From an uncultured Myxococcales bacterium (GTDB lineage Bacteria; Myxococcota_A; Polyangia; Palsa-1104; JAEUJZ01), in contig CALMML010000112.1 in NCBI GenBank assembly GCA_937868485.1, positions 4,161 through 68,160 on the forward strand: DNA of 64,000 nt. Direction: 5' to 3'. Position numbers and translations under genes: made by a program. Below the pieces are notes generated by a model. The model did not search any database, had not been told where the DNA came from, and saw only the letters and a list, made by a program, of their open reading frames with translations. Positions within the stretch are counted from its first letter, which is position 1, and each line of letters begins with the position of its first letter. Of the stretch, positions 31,696 to 41,765 are shown in pieces.

Positions 31696-34600
31696 ATGCG
31701 AAAGAACTGGTTCGGATCGCGAATCTTCTTGGGTACCGCCGTGAGCCTGATGGGTGCGTGCGGTATGCCAAGCGCGCCCGAGGCCCCGGCGCTACCGCAA
31801 GGTCCCGAGGCAGGCCCGGCGCTGCAAGTCGTCACGCAAGTGATGCACCGAGACAAAGTAAACGGTCAACCGACGATGGCGCACCTGCAAGCGCAGGCTG
31901 TGGCGCTGCCAGGGACCGATGCCAAAGCGGTCGCGTGGTCGACGCTGCGTGGTCTCAAGTCGAGCTATCGGCTGTCGGACGAAGCGCTGAGCGGTGCCAA
32001 GCTGCAAGACCTGCACGACGCGGGCAACGGTCCGCTGATCGCGCACTTTGACCAAGAGATCGACGGCATTCCGGTCTTCCATCGCAGCCTCAAGGTGGCG
32101 ATGGACCGAGAAATGAACCCTCAGTTTGTGGTCGGCAGCTTCGCACCGAGCACAGTCAAGGTGGCCGAGCAGTGGACGCTCGATGAAGCGGTTGCTGTGT
32201 CGTCGGCGTTCAACGCGATGAGCGGAGCCCAGAAGGCGCTGTCTCGTGTCAGCTTCACGGGCAAGCGCTCGGGTGGCTATGTCGCGCTCGAGCTAGAGAG
32301 CGCGAAAGACATGGAAGGGCTCATCCAGTCCGGTCCCGCGCGCGTTCGCAAGATCTGGTATCCGACGGAAGAAGGCTTGATTCCGTCGTACTACGCAGAG
32401 CTGGACGTCGGCTACAGCAACAACAAAGACTCGAAGATGATGGCGTTTGTGGTGTCAGCCATCGACGGAACGATCTTCTTCAAGCACAGCCTGACCGCGG
32501 CAGACGCATTCACGTATCGGGTGTGGGCAGACTCGACGGGACGCAAGACGCCGTGGGACAGCCCGATGGGCAACGACTTTACGCCACATCCGACGGGAAC
32601 GCGCACGGCTGCGGCCCCGACTCCGGCGTTTAAGTCGTCGAACTTGGTGACGCTGGAAAGCGCTCCGTTTTCTCGCAGCGATCCGTGGCTGCCCGCCGAT
32701 GCAACCGATCTGTCGGGCAACAACGTCTTTGCGTACGCAGACCTCGCTTCTCCCGATGGCTGGAGCGCGGGCGACGCCAAAGTGTCGCTCACCGGGCCGA
32801 AGACCTTCGATCGCGTCTACGATCCGACGACCGATCCGCTGGCTTCGACGAACAACTCGCAGGCGATTACGACCAACCTGTTCTACATCCTGAACTGGAT
32901 GCACGACTACTTCTACGACGCGGGCTGGACGGAATCGGCCTTCAATCCGCAGAAGTCGAACAAGGGTCGCGGCGGCGTCGAAGGCGATCCCATTCGTGGC
33001 GAAGCGCAGGACGCGGGCGGTCGCAACAACGCCAACGCCAGCACACCGGCAGACGGTGGCATGCCACGCATCCAGATGTATGTGTGGGACGCGATCGGCG
33101 CGACGGGCAAGGTTACGGCTCCGGCGGACATTGCGGGCGACTACGAAACCTCGGGAGCGCCCTACGGTGCGTCGCTGTTTTCAGTAACTGGTGAAGCGGT
33201 CATCGTCGATGACGGCGTCGGCAACACTGGTGATGGCTGCGAGGCTCCGTTCAAGAACGCAGCGGCGGTGTCGGGCAAGATTGCCCTGATGTGGTTCGGC
33301 GAAGGCAACTGCACGTCTCGCGCGAAGGTGAAGAATGCGCAGCTTGCAGGTGCCAAGGGCGTTATCGTCGTCAGCGTAGACCCAACCATTGGCCTACCTG
33401 CGATGGGCGGCACCGACGCAACCATCACGATTGGCGTCGTCGGCATGACCTACGAAGACGGCATCAAGCTGTGGGACAAGGTCAAGGCGGGCACTCCGGT
33501 GAACGTCACCATCGGAGGCAGCCGCTCGACGCACGATGGCTCGCTCGATACCGGCGTGGTGTCACACGAGTGGGGCCACATCCTGTCGAACCGTCTCATC
33601 GGCAACGCAACCGGTCTGTCGAACAACCAGGGCGGCAGCATGGGCGAAGGCTGGAGCGACTTCATCGTGCTCCTCACCATCGTTCGTCCCGAGGACATCA
33701 ACGTCCCGGCCAACGCCAACTGGAACGGCGTCTACCCGGATATGTCGTATTCGATCTGGGCGCCGGGCAACAAGGCGTTCTACGACGGTCTGCGTCGGTA
33801 TCCATACTCGACGGACAAGACCAAGAACCCGCTGACCTTCAAGCACATCGAAGACGGCAATCCGCTTCCGACGAGCCCGGCTCCAAGCTTTGGTGGCGAT
33901 GGTGTGTCTAACTCGGAAGTCCACAACGCAGGCGAAATCTGGGCGACGGTGATGTGGGAATGCTACGCGGCACTGCTGCGTGATTCTCGTCTGAACTTCG
34001 ATCAGGCCAACGAGCGGATGCGTCGCTACTTGGTGTCGTCGCTGAAGCTGACGCCGAATGCGCCGACGTTCTTGGAAGCGCGCGATGCAGTGCTCGCCGC
34101 TGCGTGGGTGAGCGATCGGGCTGACTACGATCTGTTCGTCGCAGCGTTCGCCAAGCGCGGCATGGGCTCGGGCGCACAAGGTCCAGACAAGAGCTCGACC
34201 GATCACGCTGGCGTCGTGGAAAGCTATGTCACCGGCGCGGATGTCTCGATCGATCGCATCGTGCTCGATCAGTCGAAGACCGACTGCGACCAGGACGGAA
34301 TCCTCGACAACGGTGAGACGGGACGACTGCTCGTTACCATCCGCAACACCGGCAACAAGGATCTGACGAGCGGCGCGCTCAAGGTCACGTCGAACAAGCC
34401 GACAGTGACGGTATCCGCGAGCCCAGCAACCTTCCCGACGCTGGCTCCGTTCCAGTCGACAGTGGTTAGCGTCGAAGTGTCGATGAAGGATGCCACGGAA
34501 GTTACGACGTTCGACCTCGGACTCGAAGTGAGCGGCCAGGGCCTGTACAAGCCGGGCACGATCCAGCAGACCTACACCACGCAGGGCAACTACGACGTGG

Positions 34601-35619
34601 TGCCGAACAAGACGACCAACGACAAGTTCGACAGCAAGAACACCGGCTGGTCGGTTTCCGAAGATCCCGAGCTGTTCGTCGAGCCATGGCAGTACGTCTT
34701 TTCATCGGGCAACGGCATGTGGCACGGACCAGACAGCGCCGAGCCAGCGGATCACCGCTTCGTCTCACCGGATCTGAAGATCGGTGCGAACGGCATGACC
34801 GTCACGGTTCGTCACCGCTACTCGTTTGAGACCGATGGCATCGGCTACTACGACGGCGGCGTCATCGAGCTTTCCGACGATGGCGGCGTGCTCTGGATCG
34901 ATGTGACCGCGATTCCTGGCGTGTCGATCTCGAACGGCTACACCCAGTCACTCGCGGCGTCTCCGTCGAAGAATCCACTGGCAGGACGCATGGCCTTCGC
35001 GGGTCCAAGCACCGACTACCCGACCAAGTGGATCGAGACCAAAGTGGCGATTGGCAAGATTCTCGCGGGCAAGACCGTCAAGCTGCGCTTCCGTAGCGGC
35101 AGCGATGACACCGTCGGAGCACCGGGCTGGGACATCGACGCTGTCTCGATCGAAAATCTGGAAAACAAGCCGTTCGGTGAACAAGTCATCCACCGTGGCG
35201 AGTGCGTGATGAAGCCGGTGTCGAAGTTTGCGATCTCGTCGACGGATCTTTCCAACATCCCGGTTGGGTTCCAGGTGCAGCTGCTGGCCACCGCGACGAA
35301 CGCGACCGGCGCTGTGACGTGGAAGTGGGAGCAGACCAACGGACCGGCGGTCACGCTGTCGGCCACGGACATTGCCAACCCGACGTTCATTGCACCGACG
35401 GTAACCAGCCCGACGACGCTCACCTTCAAGGTGACGGCGCAAAATGGCGATGTCTCTCGCGAGACGATGGTCAACATCCAGATCGTCAAGGCGCAGAGCA
35501 CCAGCGGCGACGCGAGCAGCGGTTGTAACTTCGGTGGAGGCACGTCCTCGACAGCCGGAGCCGGTCTGGTCCTCTCCGCGCTCGCCCTCATCGCTCGCCG
35601 TCGACGCAGCCGCGCGTAA
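31696..35619 (+). CDS. M36 (fungalysin)-like zinc metalloprotease lipoprotein with an inserted PA domain and a C-terminal MYXO-CTERM sorting signal.
   Basis: Lipobox LMGAC. HEWGHILSNRL and downstream GEGWSDF zinc-binding motifs. PA domain GKIALMWFGEGNCTSRAKVKNAQLAGAKGVIVVS. C-terminal GCNFGGGTSSTAGAGLVLSALALIARRRRSRA. Confidence 0.75.
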   Translation: MRKNWFGSRIFLGTAVSLMGACGMPSAPEAPALPQGPEAGPALQVVTQVMHRDKVNGQPTMAHLQAQAVALPGTDAKAVAWSTLRGLKSSYRLSDEALSGAKLQDLHDAGNGPLIAHFDQEIDGIPVFHRSLKVAMDREMNPQFVVGSFAPSTVKVAEQWTLDEAVAVSSAFNAMSGAQKALSRVSFTGKRSGGYVALELESAKDMEGLIQSGPARVRKIWYPTEEGLIPSYYAELDVGYSNNKDSKMMAFVVSAIDGTIFFKHSLTAADAFTYRVWADSTGRKTPWDSPMGNDFTPHPTGTRTAAAPTPAFKSSNLVTLESAPFSRSDPWLPADATDLSGNNVFAYADLASPDGWSAGDAKVSLTGPKTFDRVYDPTTDPLASTNNSQAITTNLFYILNWMHDYFYDAGWTESAFNPQKSNKGRGGVEGDPIRGEAQDAGGRNNANASTPADGGMPRIQMYVWDAIGATGKVTAPADIAGDYETSGAPYGASLFSVTGEAVIVDDGVGNTGDGCEAPFKNAAAVSGKIALMWFGEGNCTSRAKVKNAQLAGAKGVIVVSVDPTIGLPAMGGTDATITIGVVGMTYEDGIKLWDKVKAGTPVNVTIGGSRSTHDGSLDTGVVSHEWGHILSNRLIGNATGLSNNQGGSMGEGWSDFIVLLTIVRPEDINVPANANWNGVYPDMSYSIWAPGNKAFYDGLRRYPYSTDKTKNPLTFKHIEDGNPLPTSPAPSFGGDGVSNSEVHNAGEIWATVMWECYAALLRDSRLNFDQANERMRRYLVSSLKLTPNAPTFLEARDAVLAAAWVSDRADYDLFVAAFAKRGMGSGAQGPDKSSTDHAGVVESYVTGADVSIDRIVLDQSKTDCDQDGILDNGETGRLLVTIRNTGNKDLTSGALKVTSNKPTVTVSASPATFPTLAPFQSTVVSVEVSMKDATEVTTFDLGLEVSGQGLYKPGTIQQTYTTQGNYDVVPNKTTNDKFDSKNTGWSVSEDPELFVEPWQYVFSSGNGMWHGPDSAEPADHRFVSPDLKIGANGMTVTVRHRYSFETDGIGYYDGGVIELSDDGGVLWIDVTAIPGVSISNGYTQSLAASPSKNPLAGRMAFAGPSTDYPTKWIETKVAIGKILAGKTVKLRFRSGSDDTVGAPGWDIDAVSIENLENKPFGEQVIHRGECVMKPVSKFAISSTDLSNIPVGFQVQLLATATNATGAVTWKWEQTNGPAVTLSATDIANPTFIAPTVTSPTTLTFKVTAQNGDVSRETMVNIQIVKAQSTSGDASSGCNFGGGTSSTAGAGLVLSALALIARRRRSRA

Positions 35620-35762
35620 CGCGCACCTTCCCCCTCTTCCGTCCCCCAATCCATCCCAAAGCAAGCCACGGTGACCCAGCGGGCACCGTGCGCTTCGTCG
35701 TGACCGCTCAGCGACGACATCAAAGCAAGGTGCCGTAGCGTCTCGGCTACACCAAGCGACCG

Positions 35763-36530
35763 CTACTGCTTCGAAAACACCGGACAGAGACGACCGCTGC
35801 GCGCAGCCCCGGCGAAGCGTCCATGCGGCTTCGGCAGTGTCTTGATGCTTCCCAGCGTCGCGTTCAAGCTGCCGTCAAACAGCGGATTCCCTGACTGCTC
35901 GACGATCCGAAACGAGCGCAGGTTGCCTTCATCATCGATCGTCAGACACGCCGCGGCCTGAAGCTTCGCCAGCTCCTCGGGCTTGAGCATCGTCGGCACC
36001 GTCCAGCGCTCCAGCACCGCCGCAACGATCTCGCGCAGGTACGGATCGCCCGCCGCTTCGTTGGCCGATCCACCGCGCACACCGTTTGGATCACCTTCTT
36101 CGAGCGCCTCACGCGTCGCTCGCTCATCGTCATCGGCGCGCAGGTTTCGCGTCAGATCCGTCAGCTTGGCCAGCGCATCGGGCTTCTTCTCTTCTCGCTT
36201 CTGCGCGGGCTTGTCGGGATCCTGCGCCAGCTTGATCTTGTTCTTGTCAGCGGTGCGCGGCGTCGTCTCGACGTGTGGCAGAAACGACAAGTCACGCTTG
36301 CGACCGAACTTGAGCAGCTTCACATCGACGAACACTTCGGGACCGCTTGGCCTTGGCTTGTCGACGTGACGACTGCTTCGCCACAGCATCAGCAGGCCGC
36401 CGCCGTTGAGCGCCAAGGTCAGACACAGCCCCGCGACGAGCCCATTTCGATCGAGCGGTCGATGTCGCAGCGAGCGCTGTCGCTCTTCCACGGGCTGCGC
36501 CGGTTCCGCGCTGGCATTGGGAGCCGTCAT
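35763..36530 (-). CDS. TonB/TolA-like energy transducer (N-terminal TM, Lys/Pro/Glu-rich linker, TonB-C domain).
   Basis: TM LVAGLCLTLALNGGGLLML. Charged linker. C-terminal YLREIVAAVLERWTVP...GNPLFDGSLNATL matches the TonB C-terminal fold. Immediately downstream of exbD. Confidence 0.7.
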   Translation of the reverse strand: MTAPNASAEPAQPVEERQRSLRHRPLDRNGLVAGLCLTLALNGGGLLMLWRSSRHVDKPRPSGPEVFVDVKLLKFGRKRDLSFLPHVETTPRTADKNKIKLAQDPDKPAQKREEKKPDALAKLTDLTRNLRADDDERATREALEEGDPNGVRGGSANEAAGDPYLREIVAAVLERWTVPTMLKPEELAKLQAAACLTIDDEGNLRSFRIVEQSGNPLFDGSLNATLGSIKTLPKPHGRFAGAARSGRLCPVFSKQ

Positions 36531-36535
36531 GACGA

Positions 36536-36976
36536 CTACTGCGCCTCCTCGCGGCTCGACATCGGATCGGTGATCAGTCCCACCTTGTCCGCGCCCGCTT
36601 TCGACGCCAGCGACATCACCGTGATCACGTCTTGGTAGCGCAAGCTGCCGTCGGCGTGGATGTACATCTCGCGCTCGGACTGGAGCTTGTCATTGGTCCG
36701 CAGCTTCAGCTCCAGCTCCGCAAAGCGCACCGGGTTTTTCCCCAGATACACGACCTGATCTTTGGGAAAGCTCGCCGGGATCGTCAGGATGATCTTCGCA
36801 TCTTCGCTATCGAGCGACTGCGTTTCACCCTTGGGTAGCACCACCGGCACACCCGTGGTCGCAATCGGCGCAGCGACCATGAAGATGATGAGCAGCACCA
36901 GCATCACGTCGACCAGCGGGGTGACGTTGATCTCAGAGACCATCTGCGAGGAATCGCGAGAGGGAGACATGGCCAT
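36536..36976 (-). CDS. exbD: ExbD/TolR family proton-motive-force transducer subunit.
   Basis: MAMSPSRDSSQMVSEINVTPLVDVMLVLLIIFMV, with the conserved Asp in the TM helix. 146 aa from the internal ATG at 36976. Confidence 0.8.
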   Translation of the reverse strand: MAMSPSRDSSQMVSEINVTPLVDVMLVLLIIFMVAAPIATTGVPVVLPKGETQSLDSEDAKIILTIPASFPKDQVVYLGKNPVRFAELELKLRTNDKLQSEREMYIHADGSLRYQDVITVMSLASKAGADKVGLITDPMSSREEAQ

Positions 36977-37121
36977 GTGCGGAGTATATCGCCAGGGAAA
37001 ATCGGGATCGAATGGCGAAGTGACATCCGACTGCATCAGCGACGATTTGTCGTCGAGAGTCCACCTGCCCGCGTCCGCACGCGTCTCCCGGTAGAGCCCC
37101 GTTTTTCTATATGATGTTCGG

Positions 37122-38963
37122 ATGTCGCTCCTTCACCAAGTGTGCGTCCTGCTGATCGCTGCGGTCTTGGCGGTGCCTCTGTTTCGGCGACTCAAGCTTG
37201 GCGCGGTGCTCGGCTACCTGGCGGCAGGACTGTTCATCGGTCCGTGGGGACTGCGACTCATTGCCGACGTAGAAAGCATCCTGCACTTTTCCGAGTTTGG
37301 CGTCGTGCTGCTGCTGTTTCTCATCGGCCTGGAGCTAAACCCGTCTCGGCTGTGGGTGATGCGACGAGCGGTCTTCGGTCTGGGTGGCGCGCAGGTGGTG
37401 GCCACGACGCTGGCGATTGGTGCACTCGGTGTGCTGGTCGGAGCGCCGACGCTCGCATCCCTCGTGGCTGGCTTTGGTCTTGCACTGTCGTCGACTGCGT
37501 TTGTGCTGCCAATCTTGGCCGAGCGAAACCAGCTTGCAACGCCACACGGTCACGCCGCGTTCGCGATCCTGCTGTTTCAAGACCTGGCGGTCATTCCGCT
37601 CCTGGTGATCTTGCCGATGCTGTCGGACACCGCAGCGACAACCCACACAAGCGGGCTCGTTACAGCGGCCAAGATCGTCGCAGCCCTGGTCGGTCTGGTC
37701 ATCGCCGGTCGGTTTCTGCTGCGCCCGGTGTTCAAGCTGATCGCAGCGTCGGGAAATCAAGAGATCATGACCGCGCTCGCACTGCTTGTGGTCGTCGGAA
37801 CCGCCTCGATCATGCACGTTGTCGGGCTGTCGATGTCGCTCGGAGCCTTTCTCGCTGGCGTGCTGCTGGCAGAGTCCGAGTACCGTCACGAGCTACAAGC
37901 CGACATCGAGCCATTTAAAGGCCTGCTCCTCGGACTGTTCTTTATGGCCGTCGGCATGTCCACAAACCTGGGCATCATCCGCGATGAGCCGCTGCGTGTG
38001 ATGGGCGTGGTGCTCGGCTTCATGCTGGCCAAGACGGCGGTCATCTACGGCGTCAGTCGCCTGTTTGGAGAGTCCCGTGACTCGTCCCGCAACGTCGCGA
38101 CCTCGCTGTCCCAAGGTGGCGAGTTTGCCTTCGTACTGTTCGGCATCGCCGCCGCCGCCAAAGTGCTCAGCCCACACGCCGCCGACTTCCTGGTCGTTTC
38201 CGTCACCGTGTCGATGATCCTGACGCCGCTCAGCTTTCTGTTGAATGAGCGACTGCTCACCCGATGGTTCACCAAAGACGAGCCGCGCGAGTTTGACGCC
38301 ATCGCCGAGCACGAAAACCCCGTCGTCATCGCTGGCTTCGGTCGCGTCGGTCAGATCGTGGGCCGCATCCTGCGCCTGCGCAAGATTGGCTTTACCGCGC
38401 TCGATGCCACACCGACGCACGTCGACTTTCTGCGCAAGTTCGGCAACCAGATTTACTACGGAGACGCCACCCGGCTCGACCTGCTCCGCGCCGCACAGCT
38501 CGACAAGGCCAAGATCCTGGTGCTCGCCATCGATGACATGGTCGCTTCCGTCAAAGTGGTCGAGCTGGTTCAGCATCACTTTCCGTCGGTCAAGATCTAC
38601 GCGCGCGCGCGCAACCGTCAGCACGCTTATCAGCTCCTCGCGATGGGTGTGCAGAACATCATCCGCGAGACGTTTGAGGCCAGCTTGACGCTGTCTCGTC
38701 AGGTGCTCGAAGGGCTGGGCGTTTCCGATAGAACAGCCAAAGACACCGTCGACAAGTTCGCAGAGCGCGATGAGGAGATGGTCCGCGCGATGTACGTCTA
38801 TCGACACGATGAAAAGAAGCTCATCGAGTCGGTCAAGCAGTACACCCAAGAGCTGGAGAGCCTGTTTAACAACGACGCGTCGAGCGATGGATCGCCTCCC
38901 GAGCTGGTCACGACCCAGTTTCAGCCTCCGTCCGCGTCCTCGAAGAGCAGTCAGCCCAACTGA
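37122..38963 (+). CDS. kefB: KefB/KefC-type CPA2 K+/H+ antiporter with a C-terminal RCK (TrkA-N) domain.
   Basis: 13-TM Na+/H+-exchanger-like N-terminus. Rossmann GFGRVGQIVGRIL in the C-terminal RCK domain. 613 aa. Confidence 0.85.
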   Translation: MSLLHQVCVLLIAAVLAVPLFRRLKLGAVLGYLAAGLFIGPWGLRLIADVESILHFSEFGVVLLLFLIGLELNPSRLWVMRRAVFGLGGAQVVATTLAIGALGVLVGAPTLASLVAGFGLALSSTAFVLPILAERNQLATPHGHAAFAILLFQDLAVIPLLVILPMLSDTAATTHTSGLVTAAKIVAALVGLVIAGRFLLRPVFKLIAASGNQEIMTALALLVVVGTASIMHVVGLSMSLGAFLAGVLLAESEYRHELQADIEPFKGLLLGLFFMAVGMSTNLGIIRDEPLRVMGVVLGFMLAKTAVIYGVSRLFGESRDSSRNVATSLSQGGEFAFVLFGIAAAAKVLSPHAADFLVVSVTVSMILTPLSFLLNERLLTRWFTKDEPREFDAIAEHENPVVIAGFGRVGQIVGRILRLRKIGFTALDATPTHVDFLRKFGNQIYYGDATRLDLLRAAQLDKAKILVLAIDDMVASVKVVELVQHHFPSVKIYARARNRQHAYQLLAMGVQNIIRETFEASLTLSRQVLEGLGVSDRTAKDTVDKFAERDEEMVRAMYVYRHDEKKLIESVKQYTQELESLFNNDASSDGSPPELVTTQFQPPSASSKSSQPN

Positions 38964-38972
38964 TCCCGTCCG

Positions 38973-39428
38973 CTAGGCGATGTTCTTGATCCGTGCCCGC
39001 TGCGACGACAGCCACGCCAGCGCCTCATCCCGACTCCCGAAGAAGGAAATCGGATTGCTGATGTTCGGCACGCGACGAAGCAGCTCCAGCGCGCGAAAGA
39101 ACAGCGTCAGCAGCGCGCGCGTCACCAAGCTCGCCCCCACGATGGCAATGGCGCCCAGGTACGGACGATCATCCGCCGACACCAGCCCCGTGTAGCGCCG
39201 CGTCTCGGGAGTCAGGTTCCGCATGCGATGGACATCCACCAGCATCAGGTCATAGCCGCACTCGGCGCGTATCGACTGCCCGGAGCTGTGAATCACATCG
39301 ACGTCTTCATTGGTCACATCACCGTCGATGTATAGATCGGTGCGGTCGTGCTCGACGCGAACCAAGCGGTGGCGCCCGAAGTGCAGCGTCTCCCCGATCT
39401 TCATGGATCCGATTGTGTCCGATCGCAC
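38973..39428 (-). CDS. Hypothetical protein, possibly STAS/SpoIIAA-like fold.
   Basis: ...YLGAIAIVGASLV...FFGSRDEALAWLSS C-terminus. Related in pattern to the protein at 15088-15510. Confidence 0.45.
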   Translation of the reverse strand: MRSDTIGSMKIGETLHFGRHRLVRVEHDRTDLYIDGDVTNEDVDVIHSSGQSIRAECGYDLMLVDVHRMRNLTPETRRYTGLVSADDRPYLGAIAIVGASLVTRALLTLFFRALELLRRVPNISNPISFFGSRDEALAWLSSQRARIKNIA

Positions 39429-39513
39429 AAAAAAACGGTGAGCTTCAGGATCTGATGTGTGTCAGCCTCGGCGCAGGTCGAGCCAGCAACCCCGGCCAGC
39501 CCACGTCAGCAGG

Positions 39514-40068
39514 CTACTGACCCTTTTGCATCACAATCAGACGGTAGTTCGCAAACTCAGCCTGCCCGGCGGAATACAGGACTTCCGTGAGCAGCCGATA
39601 CGGCGTCCGACGATCCGCCATGATGATGGCCACGCCGTCAAACGTCTGGCTCTGAAGCTGTGCCAGCCGGGTCAGTCGCGTCCGGTGCTTCGACAGCGCG
39701 CTCACAATCGGATCGATCGCGTAGCCCTGCTGACCTTGCGACTTCCACTTCGCATCGACCTGCCCGCCTTTGACCTCGACCACCGCGTCGTCTTCGACCA
39801 CGATCGCACTTTGCGTGATCGTGATGTTCACCGCAGGCTGCGGCTGACGCTTGGCCGTCGAAGCTGGAAGCTGAAGCCCGGTCGGCTGACTGACCGCCAG
39901 CTGCTGCACCGAGAACTGCTTGATCAAAAAGACCAGCAGGATCGTCATCATGTCCATCATCGGCATGATGTTGAGGAAGTTGATCTCCTCGGCCTCTTCC
40001 TCGACCTTGCGACGCAGCTTCCACAGCGCCTTGCGCGCCTGACGACGATCCACCTCTTGGCGAGCCAT
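39514..40068 (-). CDS. ExbD/TolR family protein (AglS-like second stator subunit).
   Basis: NIMPMMDMMTILLVFLI TM helix with the conserved Asp. It overlaps the upstream TolR gene's stop by 1 bp. Confidence 0.75.
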   Translation of the reverse strand: MARQEVDRRQARKALWKLRRKVEEEAEEINFLNIMPMMDMMTILLVFLIKQFSVQQLAVSQPTGLQLPASTAKRQPQPAVNITITQSAIVVEDDAVVEVKGGQVDAKWKSQGQQGYAIDPIVSALSKHRTRLTRLAQLQSQTFDGVAIIMADRRTPYRLLTEVLYSAGQAEFANYRLIVMQKGQ

Positions 40069-40652
40069 CAGTTCACCCCCGCGCCAAGAAGTACGCCCGG
40101 AAACAGCACCTTGCCCTCGTCGCTGCCTTGCACCGGGCTCTGCCGCATCGAATCCATCGTCGAAACCAGCAGCTCATAGGGAATCTGCGGCGTTGCGGTG
40201 ATGATCGCGCGCTCTTCTTCGGGGTACAGCGCCTTTAACTGCACCAGGATCTGCGTCAGCGCCACCAGATCGTGCTTGCCGTCCGGCCCAAGCGGTATCG
40301 TCGGCAGCTCAGTTGAGTTCTGCTGCACACCTTGCGCCGTCAGCACAAAGCCGCGAAACAGCACCGACCCCGACGTCGCCAGCGTATAGCCCTTTTCGGT
40401 GATCGAAACCGTCAGGTTGAGCTCCGGCTTCGGAGCCGCCGCTGGTGCCGACGATGCCACCGACGCGGTGGGCAGGTTGATGTTGATGCTCGCGAGCGAA
40501 GCCTGAAAGGTAATCGTCGCCAACAAGAACATGATGATGTTCATGATGATGTCGAGGTACGGCACGAGGTTTAGCTCGCCCGACTCCTCGGCCAGCTCTT
40601 CCCCATGCTCGCGGAGCTTCCGCATACGGAAGCGCAACCTCTGAATCGTCAT
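40068..40652 (-). CDS. ExbD/TolR family protein (AglQ-like).
   Basis: LVPYLDIIMNIIMFLL TM helix with the conserved Asp. 194 aa. Confidence 0.75.
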   Translation of the reverse strand: MTIQRLRFRMRKLREHGEELAEESGELNLVPYLDIIMNIIMFLLATITFQASLASININLPTASVASSAPAAAPKPELNLTVSITEKGYTLATSGSVLFRGFVLTAQGVQQNSTELPTIPLGPDGKHDLVALTQILVQLKALYPEEERAIITATPQIPYELLVSTMDSMRQSPVQGSDEGKVLFPGVLLGAGVN

Positions 40653-40679
40653 ATCGACCTTTACCCAGTCGTCTGTCGG

Positions 40680-41390
40680 TTAGTCGTTGTCTTCGTCGTC
40701 GATATCGCGAGCCCGACGGCCCTTGCGATCGCCACGACCTTCTTTTTCCGCCGCTGGTGCCGGTGGGTTCGCGATCAGGTCGAACAGCAGGTTTTCCAGC
40801 CGAAGCGCGAAGCTCTCCAGCTCTTGCTGCTTGTTCTTGCTCGCCGCCGACAGAAACAGGTGACCGATCATGCACAGCGCGGCGATGGCCAGACCGAGCC
40901 AGGTGTTGTTCATGGCTTCGGAAATCCGCGTCGCCAGGATCGTGCTGCGCTGATCCGCCGCCGCCTTGCCGATCGCCGCGAAGCCACCGATCAGACCGTT
41001 GATCGTGCCAAGCAGTCCAAGCAGCGTCGCGATGTTGGCCAGCGACCACAGCACCGCGATCCGCTTCTTTAGCTCTGGCGTCGCATCGGTCAGCGCTTCC
41101 TCGATCGCAGTCGAGACAGCCACTTCACCGCTCTTGAGCTTCGACAGACCCGCCCGCGCGACCTGAGCCACCGGCGCATCGGACGACTGACTCAGCCGCT
41201 GCGCCTTTTCAAGCTGTCCCGCGCTGAGAAGCTTGCGAAGCTGCTCCAGGAAAGCCCGGGCATTCACCGAGCCTTTGCCCAGAAAAAACAGCGCTCGGTC
41301 GATGATCAGCGCCACGACGATGACCGAGCACAGCAGGTTCACATACATGAAGAACCCGCCCTGCTCGAAAAACTCTTTCAGCTGCTGCAT
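40680..41390 (-). CDS. MotA/TolQ/ExbB proton-channel family protein (AglR-like).
   Basis: 3-TM topology. C-terminal TolQ signature ...AIAKAAADQRSTILATRISEAMNNTWLGLAIAALCMIGH. 236 aa. Confidence 0.85.
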   Translation of the reverse strand: MQQLKEFFEQGGFFMYVNLLCSVIVVALIIDRALFFLGKGSVNARAFLEQLRKLLSAGQLEKAQRLSQSSDAPVAQVARAGLSKLKSGEVAVSTAIEEALTDATPELKKRIAVLWSLANIATLLGLLGTINGLIGGFAAIGKAAADQRSTILATRISEAMNNTWLGLAIAALCMIGHLFLSAASKNKQQELESFALRLENLLFDLIANPPAPAAEKEGRGDRKGRRARDIDDEDND

Positions 41391-41417
41391 GAGAAATGGC
41401 CCCTAAGGACGTAACGG

Positions 41418-41765
41418 CTACTGAATCTCTAACATTTGGCCGATGAAAGCGAAATCGCCCGCGTAATTTCCGGGGTCGATCTCCGCAAAATCGGGGCGAC
41501 CGGGCAGCGTTTCATCGCTCACCACCTCGGCGATGCGTGACTGAACGTAATCCCGCACGCTCTGTCCCTTCCCCAGGTCGATCACGAACAGCACCTTGGC
41601 TTTGACCACGCCCGTTTCCAGGTCAGTCGACAGGACAAACAGCACCGCTTTGCCGCCCTTGCCGTTTTCGTAGTCCTGGCGGGCTGCGTAGAAAGTGGTC
41701 GTCACCGACGTGGTATCACGGGTCTCAAGCCTGGAAAACTGAGTCGGCGGGATCAGGTCGCTCAT
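41418..41765 (-). CDS. Hypothetical protein upstream of the TolQ-like gene.
   Basis: Good codon bias. No recognisable domain. 115 aa. Confidence 0.5.
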   Translation of the reverse strand: MSDLIPPTQFSRLETRDTTSVTTTFYAARQDYENGKGGKAVLFVLSTDLETGVVKAKVLFVIDLGKGQSVRDYVQSRIAEVVSDETLPGRPDFAEIDPGNYAGDFAFIGQMLEIQ

